A stretch of DNA of 64,000 nt from Malacoraja senta (taxonomy: Eukaryota), in assembly GCA_038087875.1 (NCBI GenBank), contig CM075990.1:13890001-13954000 (forward strand), given 5' to 3'. The position numbers and the translations under genes were made by a program. Positions 27,219 to 40,255 of this stretch are shown piece by piece (positions within the stretch are counted from its first letter, which is position 1; every line of letters begins with the position of its first letter). The notes under the pieces are model-generated. The model saw only the letters and a list, made by a program, of their open reading frames with translations, made no database searches and was not told the DNA's origin.

Positions 27219-27379
27219 GTGTGTCAGAAGGAACTGCAGATGCTGGTTTAAACCGAAGATAGACACAAAAAGCTGAAGTAACTCAGTCTGAAGAAGGGTC
27301 CCGACCCAAAACGTCACCTATTTCTTTTCTCCAGAGATGCTGCCTGACCGGCTGAGTTGCTTCAACTTTTTGTGTCTAT
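27219..27379. mobile_element. Fold-back Penelope pLTR-derived insertion
   Basis: Inverted pLTR halves; degenerate flanking repeat ccaatatttgtc / ccaatacctgtc. Confidence 0.7.
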
Positions 27380-28859
27380 CCAATACCTGTCACCTGGCTC
27401 AGGAGTCGTGGGTGAACTGGATTTGGTGACAGATGAGATACAGGCAGCAGAGATTTCAATAACCTCACATTTATACAGAGTAGGGGGTGAGCCAGGAGTT
27501 CGGGTCTCTGGTGCTGGAAGGCTGCACCACTGGACCTGGGCTCAGATCTGTTCTAGATGCTGTCTGTGTCCCGATGACTACATGGGTTTCTACCTGGTTC
27601 TCCCGTTTCTTTCCAGATCCCCAAAATGTGCAGGATGGCCACTGTTAATTGCCCCTCGTGTGTAGTTGAATGGTAGAATCTGTGGGATGTTGGAATAATG
27701 AGGTGACTAAAGTGTGTTAGTGTGGGATTAGTGTAAAACCTTATAGAGTTATATAGTTATACAATATATAGTTATTCTCATACAGTTATGAGAGACACAG
27801 GTAGGGTAGATAGTCACCGTCATTTTCCAAGGTTAGGAAAGTTTAAAACTCGAAGAAGTGTTTAAAATGAGAGGGACAAGAATTAAGGGAAATCTGAGGG
27901 AAAGGTGTTTCACACAGATGGAGATGGGTACATGGAACAGAGGAGGTGGTAGATGTGGATAGATTCACAGCTTTGAAAAAAAAGCATTTCAGCAGGTACA
28001 TGATTGGAAATGAATAGAGCGATATGGGCTAAATGCAGAAAAATGGGATTAGTAATAATAATAATAATAATAATAATTTTATTTACTGGCGCCTTTCTAA
28101 AACCCAAGGACACCTTACAATGCATAGAATCACAACAAAACAAAAAAAACACATAATCGGAATAAATTAAATACACAGTACACAAATCAAGGACAGAATT
28201 CAATTTCTAAAGCACCAAAAGAAAATAAGAAACACAATTTTTCTTATCAATATCAGTATCAGTATCAATAGGCATCCTGGTCAGCAAAGACGAGATGGGC
28301 CGAATGACCTCCATTTGTGTTGTACAACTTTCATTCTATGATATTGACATGATGGGCTGAATGGCCTTCTTGTGCCGTAAATTACTTGCACTCACACCCA
28401 CCCCCACATAAAACACCTCTTCACAACACACACACACACACACACACAATCACACCCACACCCGATCAATCACGAGGCAGCAGGCAGCTCCACAGAGACT
28501 CGGCTGATTAACAGCAGACAGAATCTTATTTCCATATTCGGCTGGTTCGGAGTGAGACAGGCACACATTTAAGAGTGGGAGAAATGCTCGAAAACAGTGC
28601 TGCATTTTGAAAAATGACAAGTCAGAATGCAAGGATTTCAGTGCGGAACTACATGAAAATTAGACACTGCAGAAAGGGAGATAACTGGCTTGTGAGCTTC
28701 GAAATCTCGATTGTTAATCCAAACTGGTTGCTGTTGGTGCTGCCATACAGGAATGTTTTGATTGCAAGCCAAGGTCTACTAATACTCCTCTGCAAGGAGC
28801 CATGGCATTATATCAAAGGCAGATAATTTTAAAGGGATAAACCATCCTATCTTGTACCC

Positions 28860-29110
28860 ACTGTAAACTCCAGCTCATCCAGAACCCACATACTAACACT
28901 GTGTCCCATATCAACCTTGCAACGGCTAGATTTTATGACTCTCATCCTTGTGTTCAAATCCCTCAAGGACCTCACTCCTCCAGATGTGTAACCTCTGCCA
29001 GCTCTACAACCCTTGCAAGGTCCTCCTCCTCTACGCATGGCCATATGAACGTTATCAACCCATCACTGATAGTCAGGTCTACATTTACTTACAGCATTCC
29101 ACCCCTCCGT
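28860..29110 (+). mobile_element. Old L2 3' remnant
   Basis: aaactccagctcatccagaac (KLQLIQN) .. ctcatccttgtgttcaaatccctc (LILVFKSL), degraded. Confidence 0.6.
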
Positions 29111-30929
29111 CTCTCCAACTCCGTATCCCCCTCACCCTCTCTCCATGGATGAGGTTCCTGGTTTCTTGATAAGTACGGGTGTCAGGGGTTATGGGAAGAA
29201 GGCAGAAGAATGGGGTTGAGAGGGGAAGATAGATCAGCCATGAGTGAATGGCAGAGTACGCTTGATGGGCCGAATGGCCTAATTCTGCCCTGAGAACGTA
29301 TGAACTTGTTGCAATAAATGTGTGGCTCAGAGTCAACTGTTTGTCTTCCTGGGGATATCCTTAGGATGCTGCATACATAAAGGGAAAGCAGTGGAGGAAC
29401 ATTGGGAATTCCAGGGCTCAAGGTCGAGCTCTCTGAAGACATGACTCTCAGGGTCAAACTAAAGGAGGCTGACTGTAAGCACAAAGTGCTGGAGTAACTC
29501 AACGGGCCAGACAGCATCTCGAGAGGACATGGATATGTGATGTTTCTGGTCGGGACCCTTCTTCAGATTGGACAAGGGTCTCAACTCGAAATGACACCTA
29601 TCCTCTACAGGTGTTGCCTGACCCGCTGAGTTACTCCAGCTCTTTGTGGAGTTTTTTTTAATACACCAGCATCTACAGTTTCTTGTGTCTCATCAATGGA
29701 ATTTGGGGATGTAAAAGAGACAAATTTGGAGGGTCGGAAATTTCACGGAGGTTCGAGGAGCTGGAGGCAGTTACAGAGAGGAACCACAAGAAAACCGCAG
29801 AGCCCGGTTGTAGAATGATGAACCTTTCACCCGTAAACAATTCCCGACATTGACTTGAGTGGGTGGGACCAATTAACCGTCCCCATATGTTAACTCCCAC
29901 ACAAGACAATAACTAGCATTAACTTTTCACCCTCACTGATGCTGGTTCCCAAAAGAACAAGATCCAAGATAATCCTCTAACACGGGGAAACCAGCCTCCA
30001 CCAGTGATGGGTTCAGCATTGCCAGGCTTTATATTTGAAGAGCGGGTAAAGTCACAATGAAGCCTCCTCAGACATAGAACAAAGAGCACATTCCCTGACT
30101 GCCATCAACCAACGTCAATAACCCCCTTCCCCCCCCCCCCCCACCCCATTCATCCTAGAGTTGAAACTTCCTTATGACATTGAAGGAGGACCATTCCAAC
30201 CACTAAGACTATTCCGAGCCATGGAGCCATCCCATTTCCCCACTAATTTCCCACGTAACCTTTTCTCCCCACAATCTCACCCCCAACCCCCCTCACCCCC
30301 CCAGATTCTGCCACTCAACTACACACTAGGAGCAACCTACTGCATCCAGTTAATCGACCAACCCCTTGCCTCTTTAGGGTGTGGAAGGAGAGAGGAATGC
30401 ACAGAGGCGATCGCTTCATCACAAGAATTACGCGCAAACTCCACACAGAAAAAACAACAGTTCAGTCTGAAGAAGGGTTGCGACCCAAAACGTCACCTCT
30501 TCCTTCTCGTCAGAGATGCTGCCTGACCCGCTGAGTTACCCCAGCATTTTGTGACTATCTTCGGTGTGAACCAGCATCTGCAGTTCCTTCCTACAGAGTT
30601 AAGAATGAACCTGGGTCTCGCAACCTGGAGGACATGAGAGAGGCAGCTCAAGTAATTGTGCAGGACTGGCATGGATAGGGATCACATAGGCTGCAGCACA
30701 CCTTTACTGGGATAAAGACTGCCAATTCCACCTCTCGCAAGCTAATTAAATTGGATTTATAGCATAACGTTGGTCCCTTTAGCCCAACTAATCCATCCTT
30801 GCTTTCCAATTCCTCCATGGGACTTCTTCCTTTCATCTTATCATCCTCCAGGGGATGTTGGAATTGGCTCCTCTAGTTCCAGCCTCCTGCACATCCCCAG
30901 GATGAACTGTTTCATCATAGGTGGCCAAA

Positions 30930-31262
30930 CACTGAATGTTCTATCGAACCTCTACAGGTGTACGATGTGGAGCATACTGAGCATCATGGCCTATTTCGGG
31001 AATTTGAACTCTCAAGAATGAAGCAGGCTGGAGAAAGTGGGGACCATAGTCCAGTCCATCATGGGTACTGACCTTCCCACCATCAAAGGGATCTACATAC
31101 AGCACTGCCTCAGGAAGACAGCTAATAACATCAAAGACCCACACCATCCTGACCACACTTTCGTGTCACCGCGGCCATCAGGGGGAAGGAAGGTACAGGC
31201 GCTACAGATCCATTGCCTCCAGGTTCAAGAGCAGCTTCTTCCGATCAACTACCAGGCTCGAG
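30930..31262 (+). mobile_element. Rex1/Babar ORF 3' remnant
   Basis: QSIMGTDLPTIKGIYIQHCLRKTANNIKDPHHPDH..PSG; interrupted by the CR1 tail at 31265-31441. Confidence 0.75.
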
Positions 31263-31264
31263 AA

Positions 31265-31441
31265 TCTATATTTAAGAGGGAGTTAGATGTGGCCCTTGTG
31301 GCTAAAGGGATCAGGGGGTATGGAGAGAAGGCAGGTACGGGATACTGAGTTGGATTATCAGCCATGATCATATTGAATGGCGGTGCAGGCTCGAAGGGCC
31401 GAATGGCCTACTCCTGCACCTATTTTCTATGTTTCTATGTA
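31265..31441 (+). mobile_element. Young CR1/HER1-type 3' end
   Basis: Nearly identical to 41840-42016 and to the reverse complement of 54023-54210; (TTTCTATG) tail. Confidence 0.9.
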
Positions 31442-34069
31442 TCTATCACCCTCCACAACCCTAACCAGAACCCTACCTCAGCAACAAATTAATAAAGGCC
31501 TCGCACTAGTAAGATTGCTCTGTGTACTTTGGCTTGCACAACCATGGTTGGTTTACCTAGAACAACCGATAATTTATGGTATATTTATTTATTGTTATGT
31601 TGCATTTAATATGGCTGTAAATCAGCAGGAAATAAGAAATTCATTGTTCCGGTCCTGGTTTATATGGCAATTAAACATTCTTTACTTGACACTCCACTCT
31701 GGAATTCCTTATCTAAATATATCTTTATTTCTAGCACTCTGTGATATAAAAGCAAACTCTTTGTCATCTGCATATTATCACTGTACATAGCACCACGTCA
31801 AGTTTATTTTGTAATACTTTTGTGAAGGTTGAATGCTCAGATGAAGGTGTGTTTGTTCTATGAGGAGAGATGAATCAGAATGGGAGTTTAGGCAAATGCT
31901 TAGAAATTGACTAAATTCTAATGGCGTCAGAGAGCTTGGATGAAAGAATGATGGTTGCCCCGGCCACAGTGTCTGGAACCACATAATTTCAAAATATAAT
32001 GTTATACGCCATACAATATTCAAGATATAAAGACATTTCTTCACCTACATGGCAGTAAGTCTTTAGAATTCTTCATTTTTTTTTTTTTTTAATGTTTGTT
32101 GATAGAACAAACATTAAAAATAATAATAATAATAATAATTCTCAATCAAAGACTGTGAAGTTTCAGACATTAAGTGTGCTCAAGGTGACATTTTTCTATG
32201 ACCATGACAAATATTTTTAAATATTAAGGGAAACAAGGGTTATGTGGTGGGTGCAGGAGAATGGAACGGAGGTGAAAAGATTAGTACACTGTGCATGGGG
32301 CCAAATGGTGTGTTTCTGCTTCCTTTTTTTATAGTGACAAAGACATATAACCAGGCAGCTGGTCGGCGCAGACCCTGTGGACCGAAGAGCCTGTTTCCGT
32401 GCTGTATCTCTAAAACAAATTACATAACATGGAAACAGGCACGGTCGAAATTGCCATGCTGCCATCCAGGGTGCCCCATCTAAGCTGGTCCCATTTGCCT
32501 GCATTTCACCCATATTCTTCTAAACCCATCCTATTCAGGGACCTGTCCAAATGTCCCCGAAAAGTTATTATTGTACCTGCCTCAACTACTTCCTCGAGCA
32601 GCTGATTTGACACACAAACTGCCTTCTGTATGAGAATGTAGAAACAAAGAACTGCAGATGCTGGTTAATACACAAAAAGACACAAAGTGCTGGAGTAACT
32701 CAGCATCTCTGGAAAACACGTGAAGGTGATGTTTCGGGTCGTAATGGTTCTTCAGACTCTGACGTTGTGCACTTTGACATGTGTGAAAATGTTGTTCTTA
32801 TGTGTGGAGCCTTGGGATATTCTGGGCACCACATAACTGAAGGTGTTTTGGGTTTTGTTCCTGTTTATGTCCCTCCCACTCTGCTTCACCTCATCTCAGC
32901 AACATTACACTCCGTTCCTGCTTGAGGTGGAACAAGAGCCTTGCTACCTAATGAGTCCTGACTATACCGGTTGGATCTGGGTGAGTGGTGTACATAAAAC
33001 ACTCTGGCCGTGGAACCAGGTCATGTTGTGCTTGTTCAGTACTATATCCAGTTCGGGGTGTTTTGCTTATCATTACCCAGTCTCCTCTGTTCTTGACCAA
33101 TATTTGCTGTCTCATCCTTAAACAGATCAATAACATGTTTGAAATTTTTTATTTATTGTGATGATCAGGTCGGGTGCAGAAAATGTGTGCCTTCCATCTC
33201 GGTCAGAGTCTGTGGTCGGTTGGGGTTTTAATTCAAAGCCAAGAAGGTCTCCAGTGGATAGACACAAAGTGCTGGAGTAACTCAGCGGGGCAGGCAACTT
33301 GAGGATAGACACAAAGTGCTGGAGTAACTCAGCGGGACAGGCAGCATCTCAGGAGAGAAGGAATGGGTGACGTTCCACATCGGAACCCTTCCCCAGTTGG
33401 GTCTCCCCATAGTAACAAGACTGACCCCCCTCACCATTCACTGGGAGAGGCCCTTATGAGTTCCTTATTAAAGCAAAGAACAAATTGTTGGAAATCTGAA
33501 ATACAAGCAGAGAGAGGTGGAGATACCCAGCAGGCCAAGAGAAAGAAAAACAAAGAAAAACAGGCTGAATTTTTCAACTCTATTTCTCTCTCTTCAGACG
33601 CTGCCCGATCAACTATTACCAGCAGACTCTGTTTTAGCTTCAGATTTGAACACAATTTTTTTCTTGATTACCATGTTGGATATAATAGTTTTAATCAGTT
33701 TGAAGTACCAGTTATTGTTGTGCTGACACATTTGGCAACCATTGTCTGCAAAGGCGATGGCAATGAAGTGATTGATCAGCAAAACTGTTTCAATAAGTCT
33801 ACCGACCTTCACATCCAGAGCTGTTGTAAAACAAAACTGTCTATGAATGATTTCATGCACCTCCCTCCACCGTGAATAAAATGACTCGTTCATGTGGCAG
33901 ATAGGATGTACAATTCCAGATCCTCCCAATTTCCCCATGGTAACGTTTTTTATGTAACTTACAGGTAGGTATCAGGTGGCATACCGCTACCTACTCCTAC
34001 AGGTCTGCTTGGGGACTGGACATGTCCCATAGCCTCAAAGGACTAAATGACTGATTGACAACCCATGAT

Positions 34070-34665
34070 ATTCCCGAAGACCAGCATAGGCCCAGAATCT
34101 TTTCCCTAACACCAATAGAGTCCTAGAATCCTCCCCCACCCCCCACCCCCACACCACCATCAACCTGAAACCCAGAATCTTTCCAAGACCAGCAGTTTCT
34201 CAGTTATTCATCTCCAAGAACATCAGACACTGGAATCTCGCTCCCAAGATCAGCAGTGTCTCCGATACTCAGCTCCCAGCACCGGCACTGACTGGAAGCT
34301 ACCCCTCAAATAGCAACACAATCCAGAATCTTTCTCCCCAAGACATGAAACGACTGAATCATTTTCCCTAACACCAGCAGAGTCCACCAAAACCAGGAGA
34401 GGCCTGCCACCTCCCTCCACAGCAGAGTCCATAACCTTCCTCCAAGACCTGGATGGTCTCTCACCAGATTAGCAGAGACAATAATCTTTCCTCCAAAACC
34501 AGCAGATTCCTGGAATGTCTCCTTTAACACCAGCACAGTCTTGGAATCTCTCTACCAACAGCAGCAGGTTCTCAGTCATCTCCAATATAAGAAGAGTCTC
34601 AAATCTTGATTCTCTTGCGGAGTTCTGCCCCAAGACCAGCAGAGACCTGAACACCTCTTCCCCTC
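34070..34665. repeat. Degenerate ~30-bp tandem array
   Basis: Recurrent ccaagaccagcag / taacaccagcagagtc / ccagaatctttcc motifs at roughly 30-bp spacing. Confidence 0.7.
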
Positions 34666-34770
34666 AAGGCCAGCCGGTTACGGGCACACTTGCCGCTAGG
34701 AGAGGCGGTGTGCTGATGCTGTGCCCTGTCCAAGTAGCGCCGGGCAGACAGACAAGAGGAAGGCACCTAC

Positions 34771-34868
34771 CTGAGCAGCCGCAGCTCCAGCTGAAACCCC
34801 AGCTGCCATGCCGACCCGACATGGGATGGCCGCCCATTCACAAGAGGACAGTCAGCCACTCTGCACAT
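34771..34868 (-). CDS. Candidate coding exon (exon 34771-34877): MCRVADCPLVNGRPSHVGSAWQLGFQLELRLL + phase 2
   Basis: Acceptor tttatttaacAG at 34878-34879, ATG at 34868-34866, 98 nt open frame, strong donor CAG|GTAGGT at 34770; unique GC-rich sequence between repeats. Confidence 0.55.
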
Positions 34869-35119
34869 GCGAGCTGTCTGTTAAATAAATGCGCAGGGAT
34901 CATCATGTCCAACACCAGCCAAACTGGGATCATCCACGCACGTACAAGCACCCAGGTGTGGATCCGTCCAGATCACAACGCCAAGGTCAGGGAATTTTTA
35001 TAACATAAGTAACATTTTTTTATTTAGCAGGGAATTGCTCAGATGCCTGGCAGCTCCTTCCTCCTCTCATGTCCAAAAGGGAACTCTTGCATGTCCAGAG
35101 GTCAACCTGTTGTCTGATT

Positions 35120-35643
35120 TGTGTATGTGTATGCATGTATGTATGTGTGTGTGTGTGCGTATCTGTATGTGTATGCATGTATGTGTGTGTGTGTGTGTGT
35201 GCATGTGTATGTATGTATGTGTGTGTGTGTGCGTATCTGTATGTGTATGCATGTATGTGTGTGTGTGTGCATGTGTATGTATGTATGTGTGTGTGTGTGC
35301 ATATATGTGTGTGCGTGTGTGTGTATGCGTGTATGTGTATGTGTGTGTTTGTATGTGTGTTTTTGTATGTGTGTTTGTGTGTGTGGATGTGTCTGTGCAC
35401 ATGTGTGTGTGTATGTATGTATGTAAGTGTGTGTGTGGTTGTGTGTTTGTGTGTGTGTGTGTGTGTGTGGGGGGGGGGTGGGTGTGAGTGTGTGTGTCTG
35501 TGTATGTGTGTAGGTGTGTGTCTGTGTGTGTGTGTGTGTGTCTGTGAGTGTTTCTACGTGTGTGTGAGTGAGTGTGAGTGTGTGTGTGGGTGTGTGTGAG
35601 TGTGTGTCTGTGTGTGAGTGAGTGAGTATGTGTATGTATGTAT

Positions 35644-35741
<98 letters not shown>

Positions 35742-35823
35742 GAGTGAGTGTGTGTGTGAGTGAGTATGTGTATGTATGTATGTGTGAGTGTGTGTGTGTG
35801 TGTGTGTGAGTGTGTGTGTGTGT

Positions 35824-35855
<32 letters not shown>

Positions 35856-36009
35856 GAGTGAGTGTGTGTGTGAGTGAGTATGTGTATGTATGTATGTGTG
35901 AGTGTGTGTGTGTGTGTGAGTGTGTGTGTGTGTGTGTGAGTGTGCGTGTGTGTGAGTGAGTATGTGTGTCAGTGAGTGTGTGTGTGAGTGAGTATGTGTA
36001 TGTATGTAT

Positions 36010-36046
<37 letters not shown>

Positions 36047-36067
36047 TGTGTGTGTGTGTGTGTGTGT

Positions 36068-36099
<32 letters not shown>

Positions 36100-36180
36100 G
36101 GGTGTGTGTGAGTGTGTGTGGGTGTGTGTGAGTGTGTGAGTCTGTGTGAGTGTGTGTGTGTGAGTGAGTATGTGTGTGTG
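35120..36180. repeat. ~1.06-kb compound (TG)n/(TATG)n/(TGAG)n microsatellite with higher-order units
   Basis: Marker gagtatgtgtatgtatgtatgtgtgagt recurs at 35624, 35762, 35876 and 35990. Confidence 0.97.
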
Positions 36181-36479
36181 CTTTGCAAATCTCCTGGGTA
36201 CAGGCATCAGGAGAGTTGTCCCTTCCTTGTAGGTCTGGGCTCACCCCACATCAGGTGTTGGGGAGCTGCCGGAGATCTCTGCAATCCTTACGGAAGCGCA
36301 TCTGCGGTGGGATTTAGCATTGAATCACACACGCACACCACACCACACACACACACACATACAGTACATACACGCACAAAAAATAATGAACTAATTGCCT
36401 ATAAATAACAAGCAGCACAGACCTGAAGGGGGGGAAACAAAAATGAAAGGTTCAGTAGATACAGGTGCAGTTGCAAAGT

Positions 36480-36886
36480 TGATCAGATCAGCGGCAGCTC
36501 TCACCTGAAGCAGCGGTTCATGGAGCAGGTCGCTCACACACAGTCCAGTCGGTGCAACAGTCGCCGGGGGTTTGGGGGGAATCGTACCTCGTGGGGTCGC
36601 ATCAACCGAGAAGTTGCTCGCACTTTGAGCCTGAACGGGTGCGTTTCACTCGCTCGCCTTTCAGATCCTCGCAATCAAAGTGCATTCTTGCACATGCAAA
36701 GAGAGAGAAAGAGAGAAAGAGCGGGTGTAAATACATAAGGCACGCTCGGGTTCAGCACTACAGCTTCGGGCTGACAGCTAGCTCGCTGCAGCCCACATGC
36801 CGAGCTCCGGCGTGTTGTATCTCCCCGGATAACAAGCCCACACATCGTCAACGCTACGCAGCCGCTTTCCCTTGTACCTGGGCATG

Positions 36887-36925
<39 letters not shown>

Positions 36926-36930
36926 CTCAA
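36480..36930 (-). promoter_or_regulatory. CpG-island-like promoter / 5' UTR
   Basis: Locally high CpG density in unique sequence against a CpG-poor background; bounded by a (CT)n tract at ~36890-36921 and ending in a splice donor. Confidence 0.55.
36505..36521 (-). CDS. Candidate first coding exon end: MNRCF + phase 2
   Basis: gctccATGAACCGCTGCTTCAG|GTGAGA; near-consensus donor at 36504-36503, inside a CpG-rich block. Confidence 0.45.
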
Positions 36931-38541
36931 TGCAAAGCCCCCTGAATCACTGAATCTGAAGAAGGGTCTCAATCCTATTCCTTCTCTCCAGAGATGTTGT
37001 CTGACCCGCTGAGTTCCTCCAGCTTTTTGTGTCTATCCCCGAATCTTCCCCTCCCCTCCCCTTACTCCCCGGCCACTGCCTGGGAGAGACTGTCTCTATC
37101 TCCCACCAGTCTTCTTCCCATTGATTCCCTTCCTTGTACCTTTAGCTCTCGGTCCGCAGAAACACCTCTTGTTCTGGCACAGATAAATAACTCCAGCGCT
37201 GAATCCTGGGCATGCTTCTTGTCTTTAATGTGGGCCACCCTCGCTGACTCTAATCAGCCCTTTCTAGCTCACTCAATCCTCCCCACCAAATCCTGCTCGC
37301 TATTTTTACTCATCTTCACTCCGCATTAGCTTTAAGCTCCATTCAATCCAAATTTGGGACTAAGGTTAAGAGAGCATCTTCAAATGATTTCAAATGCCTC
37401 CGTCACAACATGTGAGAGAATTCATTGCTTCTTCTTATCTCCAATTCAAAAACGAATCAATTAGGATTTATTCTTCAATCATATCACAGAGTTAAACAGT
37501 CCCTTCAGCCCACTGGGACCCCACTGGCCATTAAGCACACTCGTTTATTCTTGACACCTTCCCATCAATCTTTCCCAGATTCTGCCGCTCACAAACACAC
37601 TCAGGGCAATTTACAACGGCCAATTAATTTACCAATCCACACGTACATAGAATAAAGCAGGAGGAAATCCGGGATTATGTATTGTGTAATCATGTATTGT
37701 CTTTCCGCTGACTGGTTGGCATGAAACAAAAGATTTTTCACTGTATTCGGTACACGTGACAATAAACTAAACTAAATGGACATTTCTGGATTTCGGGATT
37801 GGACCTGCTGTAAGGCAGTGATTCTGCTGGCCACTCCATCGTGCTTCATTAGATTATGACGAACTTAGAATATAGAGGTGAACTTTTCCCATTTATCTTG
37901 GCATACTGATTCACAATTTAAATCCCCCGCTTCTCACTGCGACCATCGGGCAGGAGGCACAGAAGCTTGAAGTCACACACCACCAGGTTCAGGATGACAA
38001 CTATCAGGTTCTTGAACCAACCCACAGAATCATAATCCTACCTCAACAACGGAACACCGTGCACCTCTTGTACGATTTTGGACTTGTTTTTTCCAACTAA
38101 TTACATATTACACTGATGTCTTGTTCACCAGGCACCCACCACCCTGTGTGTACAAACCTTGACCTACACATCTCCTTCACACTTTGCCCATCTCACTTTT
38201 AAGATAATCCCTCTATGCTGTGATGTTTCCACCTAGGGAATTTTTTTTTGAATGTGTACCCTACCTATGCCTCTCATTATTTTATGTACTTCTATCAGTT
38301 ATCACTCATAAGATAGCACCAATGCTGCCAATTCAAATGTTGTAGAGATACAGCATGCAAGAAGGTAGTTTGGCCCAACTTGTCCATGTCAACCAAATGC
38401 CCCATATACACTAATCACACCTGCATGCATTTGGCCCATATCCTCTAAACCTTACCTATCTATGTACCTGTCCAAGTGTCTATTAAACGTTGTTATGGTA
38501 ATGTCTGAGAAACATCCCTCAGGGCACCTAAAGGTGCCTTG

Positions 38542-38756
38542 AGGGCCTGTCCCACTTGGCCGTCATTTGCGCGTCACGCAGATGGCGCGCAAAGATTTTG
38601 TACATACCAAAATCCTGGGGCGCCGCGCACGACCGTGCGTCACTGCCTACGTCACCACGCACCACGTGCGTGTCATGATGCGCGCGTCGTGCATTGTGAC
38701 GCGTAAATGATGTCACGTAAATTACGCGCAAATGACGGCCAAGTGGGACAGGCCCT
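38542..38756. mobile_element. PIF/Harbinger-type MITE (subfamily B)
   Basis: TIRs agggcctgtcccacttggccgtcatttgcgcgt / acgcgcaaatgacggccaagtgggacaggccct; flanks TTG/TTA; interior is an inverted homologue of 4402-4636. Confidence 0.9.
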
Positions 38757-39824
38757 TTAGTGCACAGCATGATCCCAATAAACAACCACTCGGCCAAAGT
38801 GCAGCTGCCGGCCTTTGTGGCAACGCTGGTGGATGTGTGAACATTAAACCAGGAGAAACAAATAATACTGACGGCCCACCAATAGTCGACAAGGACTGGT
38901 CTTTATACAACAAACTAGGAGATTGTTAATATTCACCTCATCTACTCCAGCAGCACCTTCAATAGCACAACTCTGCATTAATACGTTGGCCCATATTCCA
39001 AGCATATGTTCCTGATTTGGAGATTGAGCCCGTAATCTTCAGCAGCTTTAAACTTATTAGATCTATGACAGATGAGGAAATGAAATTCCCCATGGATAAT
39101 GAAGCTTAAGTTCTTCTCTACAGGCCCATTGATGAAGAGATTCTTAAGATGGTTGAAGGATCTGATGGAGAGAAACTGTCAGATGTGAACCTATCTGATG
39201 GTGCTGACCATTTAACTGCTCGAGCCTGATCCAACATCTGATCAGCTTGTAACTAATGCCTATCGTAACTCCGTTCATGCAAGAAGATAGACACAAAATG
39301 CTGGAGTAACTCACCGGGACAGGCAGCAACTCTGGATAGAAGGAATGGGTGACGTTTCGGGTCGAGTCTGAAAAACGATAGAACTTAACATAAACACCCA
39401 CCACAGTGATCACTGTGATGGAAGGCAATAAAGTTCAGTCAGTCTTCCTCCTTTTGTTCACCCGTGTTTGGGGCTTTGACCCTCCCTAGTCGCCTTTACG
39501 GACGGCCCGATAGATAACATGAAGGACAAAGGAACACGCAGCTCAAAGTCGTTCGAAATCGGGTGAGCAGAGGAAGCCTGGTTTAACACCAGCATAAATA
39601 CCAGCATGGAAGAGTCGGGCTGAATGGCTTCTTCTGAGCTGTCAATTTGGTGCAACTAGTCTATTCCCAGTGTACGGCTGGTTGGAATTCACCCTGGTAT
39701 ATGCTGAGTGAGAAACAGTCAAACTCTTTGATCTTTTCTTTTAACTCTGCAAAATACTTTTCAACATGTTTGATGAAACATTAGTACAAATATTTCTTCT
39801 AATCATTATTTTAGCCTCGGCTCT

Positions 39825-40255
39825 CTGGGTGGCACACACAACTGCAAGTTTAAAGGTTAAGGGTTCAAGTCTCCCTTGAGCACAGAAATCTGGGCTGACA
39901 CTGCAGCGAGGGAGCGTCCTACACCGCGTGGTGTTTTCTTTTGGATGATGTTTTAACCTTAACCCCTGTCTGCTGGCTCAGGATGTGAATGATCCCGAGG
40001 CATTATTTCCAAGAAGTGCAGTCCTAGAGGTCCTGGAGGAGCTGTCTGCTTGTGTCTTGGCCAAATTCTAAACCCCACTGCCTGTAATTCAAGTTTCCAG
40101 TTCATTATCACAATCTGGCTGTGGAAGTTGACCTTGAGTAAGTTAGCTATGTTATTGTGTTTCTTGCAACAGTAATTACACTCCAGAAACACTTCATTGT
40201 AAATTGTTTTGAATATCTAAAGGGATGTGGGAGATGTTATAGAAATGTCATCATT
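39825..40255 (+). mobile_element. Ancient DeuSINE-type SINE remnant
   Basis: gggttcaagtc..cttgagcacagaaatctgggctgacact..gatcccgaggcattatttccaagaag..cttggccaa..ttcattatcaca..acactccagaaacacttcattg. Confidence 0.6.

Noticed and set aside
33363..33875. 170-aa plus-strand ORF
   Set aside because: Starts in a Penelope pLTR and crosses another decayed copy; no domain or splice support.
34515..35003. 162-aa plus-strand ORF
   Set aside because: Begins in the degenerate tandem array, has no recognisable domain, and is antisense to a better-supported minus-strand exon.
35020..36244. ORFs up to 373 aa
   Set aside because: Artefact of the (TG)n compound repeat.
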